DNA of 64,000 nucleotides from Macrostomum lignano (Eukaryota): NCBI GenBank assembly GCA_002269645.1, contig NIVC01003287.1, positions 42,487 to 106,486 of the forward strand, read 5' to 3'. Shown piece by piece: positions 40,498 to 55,600 of this stretch (position 1 is its first letter; each line of letters starts with the position of its first letter). The notes under the pieces were generated by a model. It saw only the letters and a program-made list of their open reading frames with translations, ran no database searches and was not told where the DNA came from. The position numbers and the translations under genes were made by a program.

Positions 40498-42469
40498 TGA
40501 TGGGTTTCGACCTTCGGGCTCCTTGTTAGGGAAGCCTTCGAAATAAATCAATTAGAGACCTGGCCCCCCACTCCTGTCAGATGGTCAGCCCCATGGTAGC
40601 TTGATCGTGTGGCGAGCAGTCTAGGTCCTATAGCTAAGAGAGGGACAGCGAGAGACGAGCAGGGAGAATTTTGAAAGTAGAAATTAGCTAATCCGCAGAT
40701 CAACTAACTTGCTGCCACCAGCCCGTGCGCCCTGGCTCACCACACCGGGACTCTCGAAATCGGGCTTCCGACTAGAAGGGGCTTTGCACTTACCTGCCAA
40801 CTAGTGTCTTTTTGCTGTCAATCTCGAAGTCATAGCCGATGATAAGGGACACTGCTGGGACTAGATCGCGTTGGCCATGCAGGTACAGAGGGGACTTGTG
40901 CAGGGGATTCTTGCGGTGGCGAGTCTATGGGGTAGCTACATGTACTATTACATTGCTAAATACGAAGGTATGTACTTTTAGCCTTCAACGCGCCAACTAG
41001 CCTCTCATAGCGCTGATGATAGGCTAACTCGAACTTCAGAGACCTCGCATGATTCATTACCCGAGCCGCTTGGCTAACCTAGAGTGCACAAAGTACATCT
41101 CTGGCGCCGATTCTGCACTTCTGGCAGTTTTGCTCACTGATTTGATTGATTGATCGACTGAGAACCGCCTTGCCATTGGTCCACTGTGACCGGCGCCTAC
41201 TAGCTTAGCTACTCATCTGAGCCATCGGCGAACAAAGAAATAAAACCGATAAAAGTAACTGTCATTTTTAACCTTCTCCTTAGATCACTTCACACTTCGG
41301 ATCGAATTGGAGTTTCAGACTACTGGCAGTATTATTGAATGATTTCTGCCTCAGTAACAGCACCACTGAACAAAATGAGCAAAAGTGTGCGCCTAATTCA
41401 GCTACTGAAACAGGGGACAGATAGGGAACCACCCAATCAAGCAAGTCTAGGTAGCCTCTCACCCAACCAATCAGAAACTCAACAGCCGGAGACCAGGTAA
41501 TCCACAGTGACCGAATCGGCTTGATGCTCTGCAGCTGTAGACTCGGGATGATGCTGTCAAGATCTTCACTGTCAGCTAGCAGGTGATGCTCTTCACTTGA
41601 TGTTCGCTGCTGATGACCGGGGACTCGTCCTTGATGATGACGGGGGGAGTCGCAATCCGGGGATCAAGAGACGACGGTCAGGCTCCGGGAGGTCTCTAGC
41701 TAGGCCAAGTTCCCAGGAGGTTGAGGTCCGAGCGGGCCAAAAACACCGGTTTAAATAGCCGCCAACTGGACCGCAGTTTGTTATAACAGAACACGTCGAT
41801 TCTGATTGGCTGAGCCGTTTTGTTAAAATGAGCGTCGAATTTTCTGATTGGCTAAGCTTGTTGCTACCCAGAATCACGTGACCGAGAGATCCTATCAGTT
41901 CCCACAGGGTCGTAAAAAGATGACAGGTGCGGCCATAAATCACTCAAAATCGCAACAAAATGATTTATGACTTTTCGCGTAGGATTGACAGAAATTAATG
42001 AAAAAATATACATTAGAAAGCTCTTATTAAATAGAAAGTGAAGATAATGAAGAGAAATTGCTAATCGCTAATCCCAAAGTACTTTTAGGGGTAAAACGCA
42101 TAGCTGTCAAAGCTGTCACACGCTTGAGTGAATCCGAACAATAGGCTCTGACCTCATAAATCTTGATGGCCTGTCAAAACGATGAGAAAAAAGCTACCGC
42201 CCGCATCCTCTCAGACCATCTGGCGCCCGTCTCAACACTGAGTGAGGCGCAGGTGGCTGTCAGACCAGCTTCGAAAGCGATGATTTATGACCCAAAAAGC
42301 AATGCCTATGTTATTATGACTACTAGTATGGCCAGACATTATATCTAGTATAGATTCTATGACAATTTGCAGAAAAAGGATAAAAATGCCCATCGCCCAC
42401 TGTTAGTAGGCTAGTAAATTTAGAGCCCATGTGCTAGCGCGGGATTTGGAAAAAAGTGCGTCCTCATCA
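40498..42469 (-). repeat. 5' LTR, 1972 bp
   Basis: Direct repeat of 29552-31535; starts TGATG on the minus strand and ends CATCA. Confidence 0.95.
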
Positions 42470-42655
42470 TGTTCACGGACAGTCCGATCGCAGCAGCCGC
42501 CACCGTCAGCTGGTCTAGCAGGCGTTGAGCTCCTTCAGCTGTGCTAGACAGCAGCTAGCGCTATAGATCGTCCGTGTTCGCTAGGACGGAGAGTCGCTTC
42601 TCGGGGTGCCGCCTGCTTGTTCTGCGACAGAGCAAGAATCCTTTGGAGTCATCGC
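42470..42655 (-). mobile_element. Upstream part of the decayed RTE-like element split by the LTR insertion
   Basis: Translates to GDDSKGFLLCRRTSRRHPEKRLSVLANTDDL...AQRLLDQLTVAAAAIGLSVN, which joins TKKTMV at 29551 once one TSD copy is removed. Confidence 0.85.
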
Positions 42656-43562
42656 CATATACCAAAAGTATAGTAATGCATGCTGTGCAGCAATTGTCCT
42701 TGAGTACATCTTCCGGCCTGATCGAATTTAGCTTCAGTTCATGCAGTTTCTGTTTAGCTCATCATGCACTGCTTACAGGGGGTTCAAACTTTTTGGGGTG
42801 ACGTATCAATCGGTAGAGGGTGGGTTCGGCCGGGGCATCGATGATCAACTCAAGGAAAATCGAGGAAATCGACTAATGACTAAGTAATCTATGTATAGTA
42901 GTCCTTGCATAATATATGCCAAAACCATGCTGACATGCCCAGGACAGGACATTTCGTCAACCATTTTGCGAAATGCCTCTCGCTGGAGTTGGCCTGCTCT
43001 GCCGAAAGGGCATCAGAACGATGAGGCTGACGAATTTGATTGCATTCACCGTGCTTGCAACACCATGCGCAGTGCGATACACATATTTGAGCATTCCTTG
43101 ACGAAAAGCCGGTTAATTGACGCAATGTCCGTTTACCTTCAGGCCAACATGAACCCACATGATGCATGTCTGGCGCTGCCAACTTCCAGTACAGTTGCTA
43201 CGTAGCTTTTGGCGCCGCTTTCTCTGATCTACTCTGATATAATATATAAAAATAGCCCCCCCCCCTGGCAATATGCAGCCCCGAATGAAAAATCCTGACA
43301 ATACATACATGTATCACATTAAATTAGAATTTTCAATATTATTTGTAAACGCGAGACTTAAAAATGTTTTTCTTACAGAATATTTTGTTTGAGATTTTTT
43401 CGTCTTTATATTTCGCAATAAAACAAAACTTTACCCTGTCCTGTATCAAGCGGAAAATGAAGTTCGAGATTTTTTATTTGACTGAACAATGGAATGGAAT
43501 ATTTTGCGAATACATGGACGTGTACGATGTAATGTAGATAAGAAAATTAAGGTAGTCGCAGT

Positions 43563-47288
<3,726 letters not shown>

Positions 47289-47882
47289 ACTTTTCTTGTT
47301 GAATAATTTCCTTTAAATAAAGTACTTCTTGAACTGACTATTACTGAATTGGATTCAGAAAAATGCGCTGCTGTTCTGATTGAAGGCCGAAACTTGCTGC
47401 CCAAAAACGTTGAGTTAAAAGTTGACAAGAGGTGATTCAAATGGTCTTTACAGCACGGATTCAACCCATAGACGAATCATTTTACGCTTATTTGAACTTT
47501 TGAATGGCACCAAGGCAGAGCGTCTGTCTTCGTATACCGTAAATCTTTCATTTTTAAATGCTTAATATTGCCAGCAATCCTTACATTCGATATTTGATAT
47601 TAACTGATTAATACCTATATACGTGTTATATTCACCTACTGAATGAATTTCTCACCATCAAGTTCATACAGTACTTGTTTTATAATTCCTTATTTAAATA
47701 CTTTTCGTCTCGTTAGCCGTTAAATTTTGTTTTGAAGATTCGTAGAAAAATTGTAGGCGCTCTTTCAAATACCATATTTTTACAAAACTCGTACTTATAC
47801 ATCTAAATGCATGTCCCATCCTCTTGAATTATTATTCAATACTTGACATATACTGGCCAAACAAGCTTTTTGCCTGAGCCAA

Positions 47883-48184
<302 letters not shown>

Positions 48185-48945
48185 ACAATTTAGCCGCGCA
48201 ATTTTCATCTGTACAGGTCAATCAACAAGTCAAAGGCCACTGTACATACTGGTGAGGGCGTGTGCCTGGATACAGTTATCAGTGTGCGTGACTGTACATG
48301 GTCATAAGCTAATATGTAGTTTATTCCCTTGTCTTTGTCGCCTCTTCAGGGATGGGTGAAGATTGCTACTCGTAGTATCTTTTTAAAAGAAGAAAAAAGC
48401 ACCGCTCCCCTGACTGCTTTTTCGATTGAAAACGACGACGACTTTGACTCGACCAGACCAATGCCAATTGCATGTATGAAGACGACTCAACGCGCTTCTT
48501 CAGCTGGTCTATCTAAGGCCTCAACCTCATTAGCTAGGTTGAGCCGAACTTCTGTCTTTAACTCTGCGATCTCATAGCGAAAGTTTCAATTAGCTTTTTC
48601 TCGCAAGCTTTTTCGCGTCACATCCTACAAGCGCATATACTGTCTACTTATCATCAGTAGACGAACTCCTGACACTGCTATCTACGAGCGTAAAACTTTC
48701 TATAACTAATAATGACATTAAAGAAAAGAACGGTTGTAGATCACCCTATACGTGTGCTCACACAACTGTAATTATTAGTAAACAAACTAATATATTTACA
48801 GATTCAGCTTAATAGGTGCCATGCTCAAGACAACACTGGCACACCTTAATTTTGTGGGGGCTTTTTGCTCTAAACATTACGACACTTTAGCCACACTTTA
48901 GCTACACTTGATTAAAAACACTTTGATGTCTGCTTCACTTTGCTT

Positions 48946-49164
48946 TCACTTCTTGCCGTAGCTATATCGGCGGCGTTGCCCCTTGGCAACAGGTTGAACT
49001 TCTTCATCGTAGTCGTCGTCAGCTTCCAGCGGCTCGTCAAGACTTTCGCCGGCGATGTCGTCAAGCGAGTCGGGCTCTTCCACCTGATCCCACTGGTTGC
49101 TGGCTGCCAGCTGGGACACGAGGAACAGGGTCAGCAGCAGAGCGATGCCAAGTTGCATCTTCAT
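48946..49164 (-). CDS. 72-aa secreted peptide precursor, copy A (signal peptide, acidic spacer, basic C-terminal peptide GQRRRYSYGKK)
   Basis: Hydrophobic N-terminus, D/E-rich middle, RRR site and terminal GKK amidation-type signal; frame conserved in the duplicate. Confidence 0.75.
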   Translation of the reverse strand: MKMQLGIALLLTLFLVSQLAASNQWDQVEEPDSLDDIAGESLDEPLEADDDYDEEVQPVAKGQRRRYSYGKK

Positions 49165-49984
49165 GGTTCAGCTGTGCTTGGTTTTGAAAGGCTTGAATAA
49201 ATTTTAAACTTTCCTAGTTGAGACAGAGAGGCGCTGCTTCGGGTCAGCTGCTTTTAAAAGCAGCTCTAAAACGTGCCATGCAGGGCGCTGTGGGTGCACG
49301 TTTTCAATGCAATGCTTTGCGTGGCACAGACTGCGTGCTGCCTTGCCCAAGCTCACCTTAGTTTTTGCTCCATGCATCTCTTCATCTCTCACTGCTTGCC
49401 ATAGAGGCTGGACAATGCAGCTACTTGATGAAGATACTGCACGTGCCAGTCTAACAAGATGGGAACCGCACACGGCTCACTTGTGGCTCAAAATGAATTA
49501 AACTAGCTGGCTACTCAACCTGCATCTTTTATTGCAAATAATTCTCCAAACCCTTAAGTTTGGCCTCTTTAACACTAGTCGTCTATAGATGCATTCATAA
49601 ATTTAGGACTCTCACAACTCGCGTGACTGGCTGACAACGTATTTTGTTGTTGTTGATATAGGATTGTCGCAAGCCCTGGCACCCGCAATTTGCTCGGGGC
49701 AGAATTAACAAAATTGCTTCGTTTGTAAAGGAGTAAGTAAGCACTGCACAGTCCTTATACAGTCCACCACAATATAACTGCAGAAATTTCTCTGTCACAC
49801 ATTTACTCCCGAACCTAACATAACTCTAACCGCACTCTAACCTAAACCTGAGATGAGATGAGAGGAGAGAATAGATAATAGGAGAGAGGAGAGGAGAGGA
49901 AAGGAAAGATATGAGATCAGAGTAGAGAAGAGAAAAGATAGAAGACAAGAGAGAGGAGAGAACTTAGAATAGACACAAACCTTT

Positions 49985-50078
49985 AGCGGGCCGGATTGCT
50001 ATTGTGCAGTTTCAAAGGACCCGAGGGCCGAATTGAGAGGCTTCGTGGACCGCATGTGGCCCGAGGCCAGAGTTTGCT
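49985..50078 (-). mobile_element. Short non-autonomous DNA-transposon (hAT/MITE-like) end fragment
   Basis: Reverse complement matches 56268-56350 (AAGCCTCTCAATYCGGCCCTCGGGTCC...CACAATAGCAATCCGGCCC). Confidence 0.5.
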
Positions 50079-50215
50079 GACCAAGTGCATCATAAGGTTC
50101 ATAAAGTAAGATAATCCTGTACTAACTAAATGTTTTTTTTGGACATTAGGTAATAGTCTAGAGGCTATTATTAAGGGAGAACTTAATTTCGGACACTCTT
50201 CATTTCTGACACTAT

Positions 50216-50320
50216 TCATTTCGGACACTGCTCCGGCTGGCCGCCAGTGGCCACAAGAATTGACTGCACCATCAGCAGAGTGAGCAGTAGTGCAATGCCT
50301 GTGAGTTGTCGCTCGATCAT
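50216..50320 (-). pseudogene. Truncated third member of the peptide-precursor family (MIERQLTGIALLLTLLMVQSILVATGGQPEQCPK*)
   Basis: Shares GIALLLTL with the 72-aa precursors but stops after 34 codons, in a short GTGTCCGAAAT-like repeat. Confidence 0.45.
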
Positions 50321-50571
50321 TGCCTCGAATGTCTCATTTTTTTCTGTGAAATATCTTACTACTGAGTCTGAAATCTGTGGCTCTTTTCGAAAACTCCTAT
50401 TTAAAGTATGAGAGCCAAAAGACACGGACGGCGGATTTCGAATGACTTCTCCTGATGGTGCAGTTGTGGAGATGATATACTTACTATGCTATAAAAAGGA
50501 GAACTTCAATTGAGAAGGTTTCGATTATTTTGAGATCGCTCCAAGGATCTGGGCGAACTTATTGGTATTCC

Positions 50572-50745
50572 CCCTCTCTCTCTCCCTCTTTCTCCTTCTC
50601 TCACCATTCTCTCCGTCCCTCTCTCTCCCCCTCTCTCTCCTTCTCTCCCTCTCTCTCTCTCCCCCTTCTCTCCGTCCCCCTTTCTCCCTCCCTCTCTCTC
50701 CCTCTCTCTCCCTCTCTCTCTTTCTCTTGGTCTCACTATCTCTCC
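50572..50745. repeat. CT-rich low-complexity tract
   Basis: Direct sequence. Confidence 0.9.
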
Positions 50746-50789
50746 CTACCCCAAACACCTTCTCTCCCTATTTTTTATCTTTAAATACT

Positions 50790-51800
50790 GTCTTCCGTCT
50801 TCTGGGACCGCGATGGTGACAACAAGAGCGTGGCAACTAGGAAGTACTTTAAGCCCACCGTTAGCCAAGCCCTCATCCACCGAGGCTCTTTTCATCCTAA
50901 GCTCACTTTCTGAAGCGTGGTGAAGTCCCAGCTCCTCAGGTACGCCCGGCGGTGCTACCGGATGGCCGACTTCGACGCAGCGTGCACCGGGCTGAAGTCG
51001 AATCTGGTGCAGCACCAAGGCTGCCGCCGGCGTTTCCTCCGCACCATCAAGTACGACGTGCTGGCTGAGCTGGGCTTCTACCCGACCAGACGGTGGGTGA
51101 TCGGCCGTGCAACCCGGCCGACTCTGCAAGTGCTGCCAGGCGCACGCCAGATTCACCTCGGATCAGCAGCTCGGATCACCTGGCAGATCAGCTGCCACAT
51201 CGGTTAAACTCATCATCAGTCAGAGGATCGACTGCAACGCAATGAACGCCGTCTACGTTGTGTTCTGCCGACGGTGCGATCACACGGTCTATGTCGGCGA
51301 GACCGTCAACAGCATCCGTGGTCGTATGCTGGGGCACGACACTGCGAGGCCCCGGTGCTGCAATCCTACAGAGACCAAGGGCAGGAGCCTGCGGGAGCTG
51401 CTCTGCCAGAGCCGGCTCTGCCGCAGTACACGGTGCCCTTTCACTTTAATGGTATTTTCTCTCTCTCTCTCTCTCTATACTTTGTGACTTGTTCTGTTCC
51501 TCTGCCATTGTTTGAACTTGTTTGTCGACTCTGGTGTACGGTGCACCGGAACTCTTTCTACACAACATATATTTTTTATTATTTAACTTATTTGTTTTAC
51601 TTCTGGTGATGTTCTATCTGGTTAATTATTATTTGACACTTTAATGACTTTTCTATTCATTCTATTTCATTCTATTACTCATCATACTTCATTGTCGTAA
51701 ATATTGACGGCAACTGGCTCAAATAAACTTTACTCTACTCGCCCTGACAAAGAGTTTGCCAAATTCGAAATATCGGCAACAATAATCTTATTGACTTTTG
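50790..51800 (+). mobile_element. 5'-truncated Penelope-like element: RT C-terminus, GIY-YIG endonuclease and 3' region with hammerhead motif
   Basis: TRKYFKPT...SFHPKLTF*SVVKSQLLRYARRC (RT thumb) and VYVVFCRRCDHTVYVGETVNSIRGRMLGH (GIY-YIG); a stop and a frameshift. Confidence 0.85.
51741..51777 (+). ncRNA. Degenerate minimal hammerhead ribozyme of Penelope type
   Basis: GCC-CTGACAA-A-GAGTTT-GCC-AAATTC-GAAA-TATC-GGC: stem I GCC/GGC, stem II GAGTTT/AAATTC; core CTGANGA has G8 changed to A. Confidence 0.6.
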
Positions 51801-51844
51801 AGCCCTATTTTCACCGTGTCAGCGCCTGAGTTTGGAGGTGCCCT

Positions 51845-52180
51845 CCTTTCCCCCCCTCTCTCTCCCCCATCTCTCTCTCCCTCCCTATCTCTCTCCCCTA
51901 TCTCTCTACCCCATTCCCCTATCTCTCTCTTCCTCTCTATCTCTCTCCCCTATCTCTCTCTCCCCCATCTCTCTCTTCCTCCCTATCTCTCTCCCTATCT
52001 CTCTCCCCCATTCCCCAGTCTCTCTCTCCCTCCCTATCTCTTTCCCCTATCTCTGGCTCCCCTATCTCTCTCTACCCATTCCACTATCTCTCTCTCCCTC
52101 TCTATCTCTCTCCCCTATCTCTCTCTCCCCCATTCCCCTATCTCTCTTTCCCCCATTCCCCCATCTCTCTCTTCCTCCCT
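51845..52180. repeat. CT-rich degenerate repeat (CCCCTATCTCTCT-like)
   Basis: Direct sequence. Confidence 0.9.
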
Positions 52181-52184
52181 AATG

Positions 52185-52745
52185 CAGCCTGATGCAGCGG
52201 GCGCGCAGTCGCAGGTCGACCCGCAGCAGTCGCGGGGACAGAGAGGTGCAGTGCACGCTCTGCTGGAGGCGCGGTCCGATCAGTACGCCGACACCGCCCG
52301 GCCGCGGTCGTCTGCCGACGTTTACAGGAGGCTCCAGCCGGCTCCGAGGTCCTCAGAGTGGAGCCCCGGCTCAGCCACGATAGAAATCTCCTGCAGCGGG
52401 ACGAGGTCCAGCTGTAGGTCGTGGGCCAGCTGGACAAGGATGGTGCGACGCCAGGGGGCCTTCAGAGTTCGGCAGTTCATCGTGCCGAGTCTGAGGCGGC
52501 CACCTGGTACAGCTGGGCCAAATGAAGGTTGGCCTCGTGGTCCCCAGTGGATCCATAGATGAAGTTGCAGGGACTGGGGACAACAGGCGCCTGGCCGCGC
52601 CACGGAGTCGCCCTCGCCGGTCGCGTTCGCGCCGCCGCTCAGTGCGACGTTGCGCGCTGCGCCGACCTCTGCGTGTCCCTGGTGTGCTGATCTTTGTTGC
52701 CGCAGCCGAGACGCGGAGTCCGAGCCAACCGAGGTCATCCGCGTC
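52185..52745 (-). mobile_element. 5' fragment (AP endonuclease start) of an RTE-like LINE
   Basis: LRLGTMNCRTLKAPWRR...LQEISIVAEPGLHSEDLGAGWSLL parallels the N-terminus of ORF 61586-63019; disrupted. Confidence 0.85.
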
Positions 52746-52985
52746 CTGATGATCTAGCCGCGATGCCAGGAGTTGTCAGCACTATTTGTACTTTTGTGAA
52801 AATATAATGGCTCGTCGTCACGTCACAGGGCGCGGTTGACGGCCTGGGTGCGAAGGATGGAACGCAGTAACACTTCCTGCACCGGCTGTGGCCCGACCGC
52901 ACAACAAGTCGCTTGGTGACTCGTACTCGTCACAGATCTTGAATGACAGAACAGAAATCCACTTTAGTGCCTGAAATTCACTCAC

Positions 52986-53081
52986 CTGTAAATTTAAATC
53001 GCCAACGTCGTCGCCTAGAATGGCCGTACCAGCCAGATCTGGCACACAGTCTCCGATGCAGACGGCTTCTTGACCTGGCAT
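52986..53081 (-). CDS. Duplicate of peroxiredoxin exon 1 (MPGQEAVCIGDCVPDLAGTAILGDDVGDLNLQ) with intact GTGAGT donor and no own downstream exons
   Basis: Same 32 aa as 47193-47288 with 4 nucleotide differences, all synonymous. Alternative exon or gene remnant is unresolved. Confidence 0.5.
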
Positions 53082-54318
53082 ACTTCTCTTGTTGAATAAT
53101 TTCCTTTAAATAAAGTACTTCTTGAACTGACTTTGACTGAATTGGATTCAGAAAAATGCGCTGCTGTTCTGCTTTAAGGCCGAAACTTGCTCAAAACCGT
53201 GGAATAAAAAGTTATAACACCTTTTCCGTTCCATTTCCACAAAACTACCATTCCAATTCGGCAAGCGGCATTCAATGTCGAAAAGTAAATATTCTATTAC
53301 GAGCGTTCATTCTCGCTCCTGCATGCAGATTTCCCATTCAATTTTAACACATTTTTGTGCGCTGTTTTTTGTGTACTGTACGAGCCATCAATCTTGAACA
53401 GATCCCCTGTCAAGCTAACGACAAGTACTGTAACTCTCTGTGGTTTTCTATAGCATCCCCCTTTCAACAGAGTGCTCTCGGTGAAGTTCGCTTCTAGAAC
53501 ACAGAAGCTTAATGTACGGGAGCATGCACTGAATATATTGTTGAAGAAATATCACAAATAGAATAAGAATGAGCGACGAGGAGATGTTCGAAGAAGCAGG
53601 AGATGAAGAAGAAAAAATCGGTGAGGAAGACGATGAGGTTAAACCCTGGGGGCCATATGGACGCGTGTCTGTTTGTGGACAACGTGAATTTGTTCACGTT
53701 CATCTTTAAGAAGTTTTTAAAGTTTTATAAGAAACTTACAATAGTGACTGTGCGGGGTCAAAAGCCACTGCTCTTCCGATAAAAAACTACGAGTTTCCGC
53801 TGCCTCGACCAGATCAATACCAATTACATGATGGTGTCGACTCAATGTGCTTCTTAAGCTGGCCTCCTCAAAGGCTAGACCCCACGCCACTCCATTAACG
53901 AGGTTGAACAGAACTTCTGCATGCGCTCTCTCGTGGCGAAATTTCTTTGTCATCAATGCAAGCTTTTCACATTCTACACTTTCTACTAATCAATGGACGA
54001 ACTCTACAACTGCTATCTAAAGTTTCTATAGCTAGTAAAAGACATTAAGAAAAGAACGGTTGTTGATCGCCTACGTCTGCTCACACAACCAATTAGTAAA
54101 CAAACAAATATATTTAAAGATTCAGTTTAATTGGTGTCACAATATAACACTGGCACACCTTAATTTTGTGGGGTTCTAAAAATGACAAAACTTTGGACAC
54201 TTTAGCAACACTGTAGTCTGTAGGGTGTTTGCTTGGGAATAAAAAACAGTTTTCAGTAGCATAAGAGTGTTTCACAAAGTTTGATTAAAAACACTTTGAT
54301 GTCTGCTTCACTTTGCTT

Positions 54319-54537
54319 TCACTTCTTGCCGTAGCTTAATCGGCGGCGGCGCCACTTGGCAACAGGTTGAACTTCTTCATCGTAGTCGTCGTCAGCTTCC
54401 AGCGGCTCGTCAAGACTTTCGCCGGCGATGTCGTCAAGCGAGTCGGGCTCTTCCACCTGATCCCACTGGTTGCTGGCTGCCAGCTGGGACACGAGGAACA
54501 GGGTCAGCAGCAGTGCGATGCCAAGTTGCATCTTCAT
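54319..54537 (-). CDS. 72-aa secreted peptide precursor, copy B (C-terminal peptide WRRRRLSYGKK)
   Basis: Same architecture as copy A; first 61 aa identical. Confidence 0.75.
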   Translation of the reverse strand: MKMQLGIALLLTLFLVSQLAASNQWDQVEEPDSLDDIAGESLDEPLEADDDYDEEVQPVAKWRRRRLSYGKK

Positions 54538-55337
54538 GGTTCAGCTGTGTTGGTTTTGAAAGGCTTGAATAAATTTTAAACTTTCCTAGTTGAGACAGAG
54601 AGGCGCTGCTTCGGGTCAGCTGCTTTTAAAAGCAGCTCTAAAACGTGCCAGGGCGCTGTGGGTGCACGTTTTCAATGCAATGCTTTGCGTGGCACAGGCT
54701 GCGTGCTGCCTTGCCCAAGCTCACCTTAGTTTTTGCTCCATGCATCTCTTCATCTCTCACTGCTTGCCATAGAGGCTGGACAATGCAGCTACTTGATGAA
54801 GATACTGCACGTGCCAGTCTAACAAGATGGGAACCGCACACGGCTCACTTGTGGCTCAAAATGGCTCAATTAAACTAGCTGGCTACTCAACCTGCATCTT
54901 TTATTGCAAATAATTCTCCAAACCCTTAAGTTTGGGCTCTTAAAGCACGTGTCGTCTAAGACGCTTTCACAAACCCAAGGACTGCCGTGAGCCCTGGGCA
55001 CTGCAATTTGCCTGGGGCAGAGCTTGAAAACATTGCTTCTTTTGTAAAGGAGTAACACTGCACGGTCCTAAGTTCCAACCTCTACCAGGTCAAATGTTTC
55101 AGTTGTCTCTTATTCTTCCGTCTCTCTATTAGACGATGATGGTACCAATCGTATATGCTTCTAATCAATTAAATAAGCCGAAGGTTCGATATGTTTCTCT
55201 CGATCTTTAACCCTCAACACGGAGGTTTATTTCTAATTCCTGATGATTGCAATTTCAAATAGATATTAAGCATGCAAGTGTATTAAGCAATTCAGTGAAA
55301 ATGAGATCTGGGCTGGATTCAAAGGAATAGGTTTCCT

Positions 55338-55600
55338 TGTCTCCTCGATCCTCTCTCCCTATCTCTGTCTCCCCCTCTCTCTCCCTCTCTCTTCCCCTGT
55401 CTCTCTCCCCCGTCTCTCTACCCCTCCCTCCCCTATTTCTCTCTCCTCTCCTTCCCCCTCTCTCTGCATATCTCCCTCGATATCTCTGTCTCCCCCTCTC
55501 TCTCCCCCTCTCTCAATCTCTCTTCCCTCTCTCCCTCTCTCTACCCCTCTCTCACTCTTTCTCACCCTCTCTTCCTCTCTCTCTGTCTCCCGTCTCAGCA
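55338..55600. repeat. CT-rich low-complexity tract
   Basis: Direct sequence. Confidence 0.9.

Larger units (their letters stand above)
29552..42469 (-). mobile_element. Ty3/Gypsy-type LTR retrotransposon, 12918 bp, non-autonomous (gag and protease, no RT/RNase H/integrase seen)
   Basis: Two near-identical LTRs with TGATG...CATCA ends, TGTT TSD (29548-29551, 42470-42473), PBS, PPT, gag and protease ORFs. Confidence 0.93.
52813..55070. repeat. Segmental duplication copy B
   Basis: Homologous to 47019-49780. Confidence 0.85.

Noticed and set aside
42891-43205. 104-aa plus-strand ORF containing DEADE
   Set aside because: No other helicase or transposase motifs; not supportable.
52745-52800. 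Second HDV-like ribozyme at the 5' end of the RTE fragment
   Set aside because: The CCTCCTCGTGG-type core and a matching P2 were not found.
53717-53956. 79-aa ORF with a diverged counterpart near 48380-48600
   Set aside because: Frame is not preserved between the duplicates and no family is recognised.
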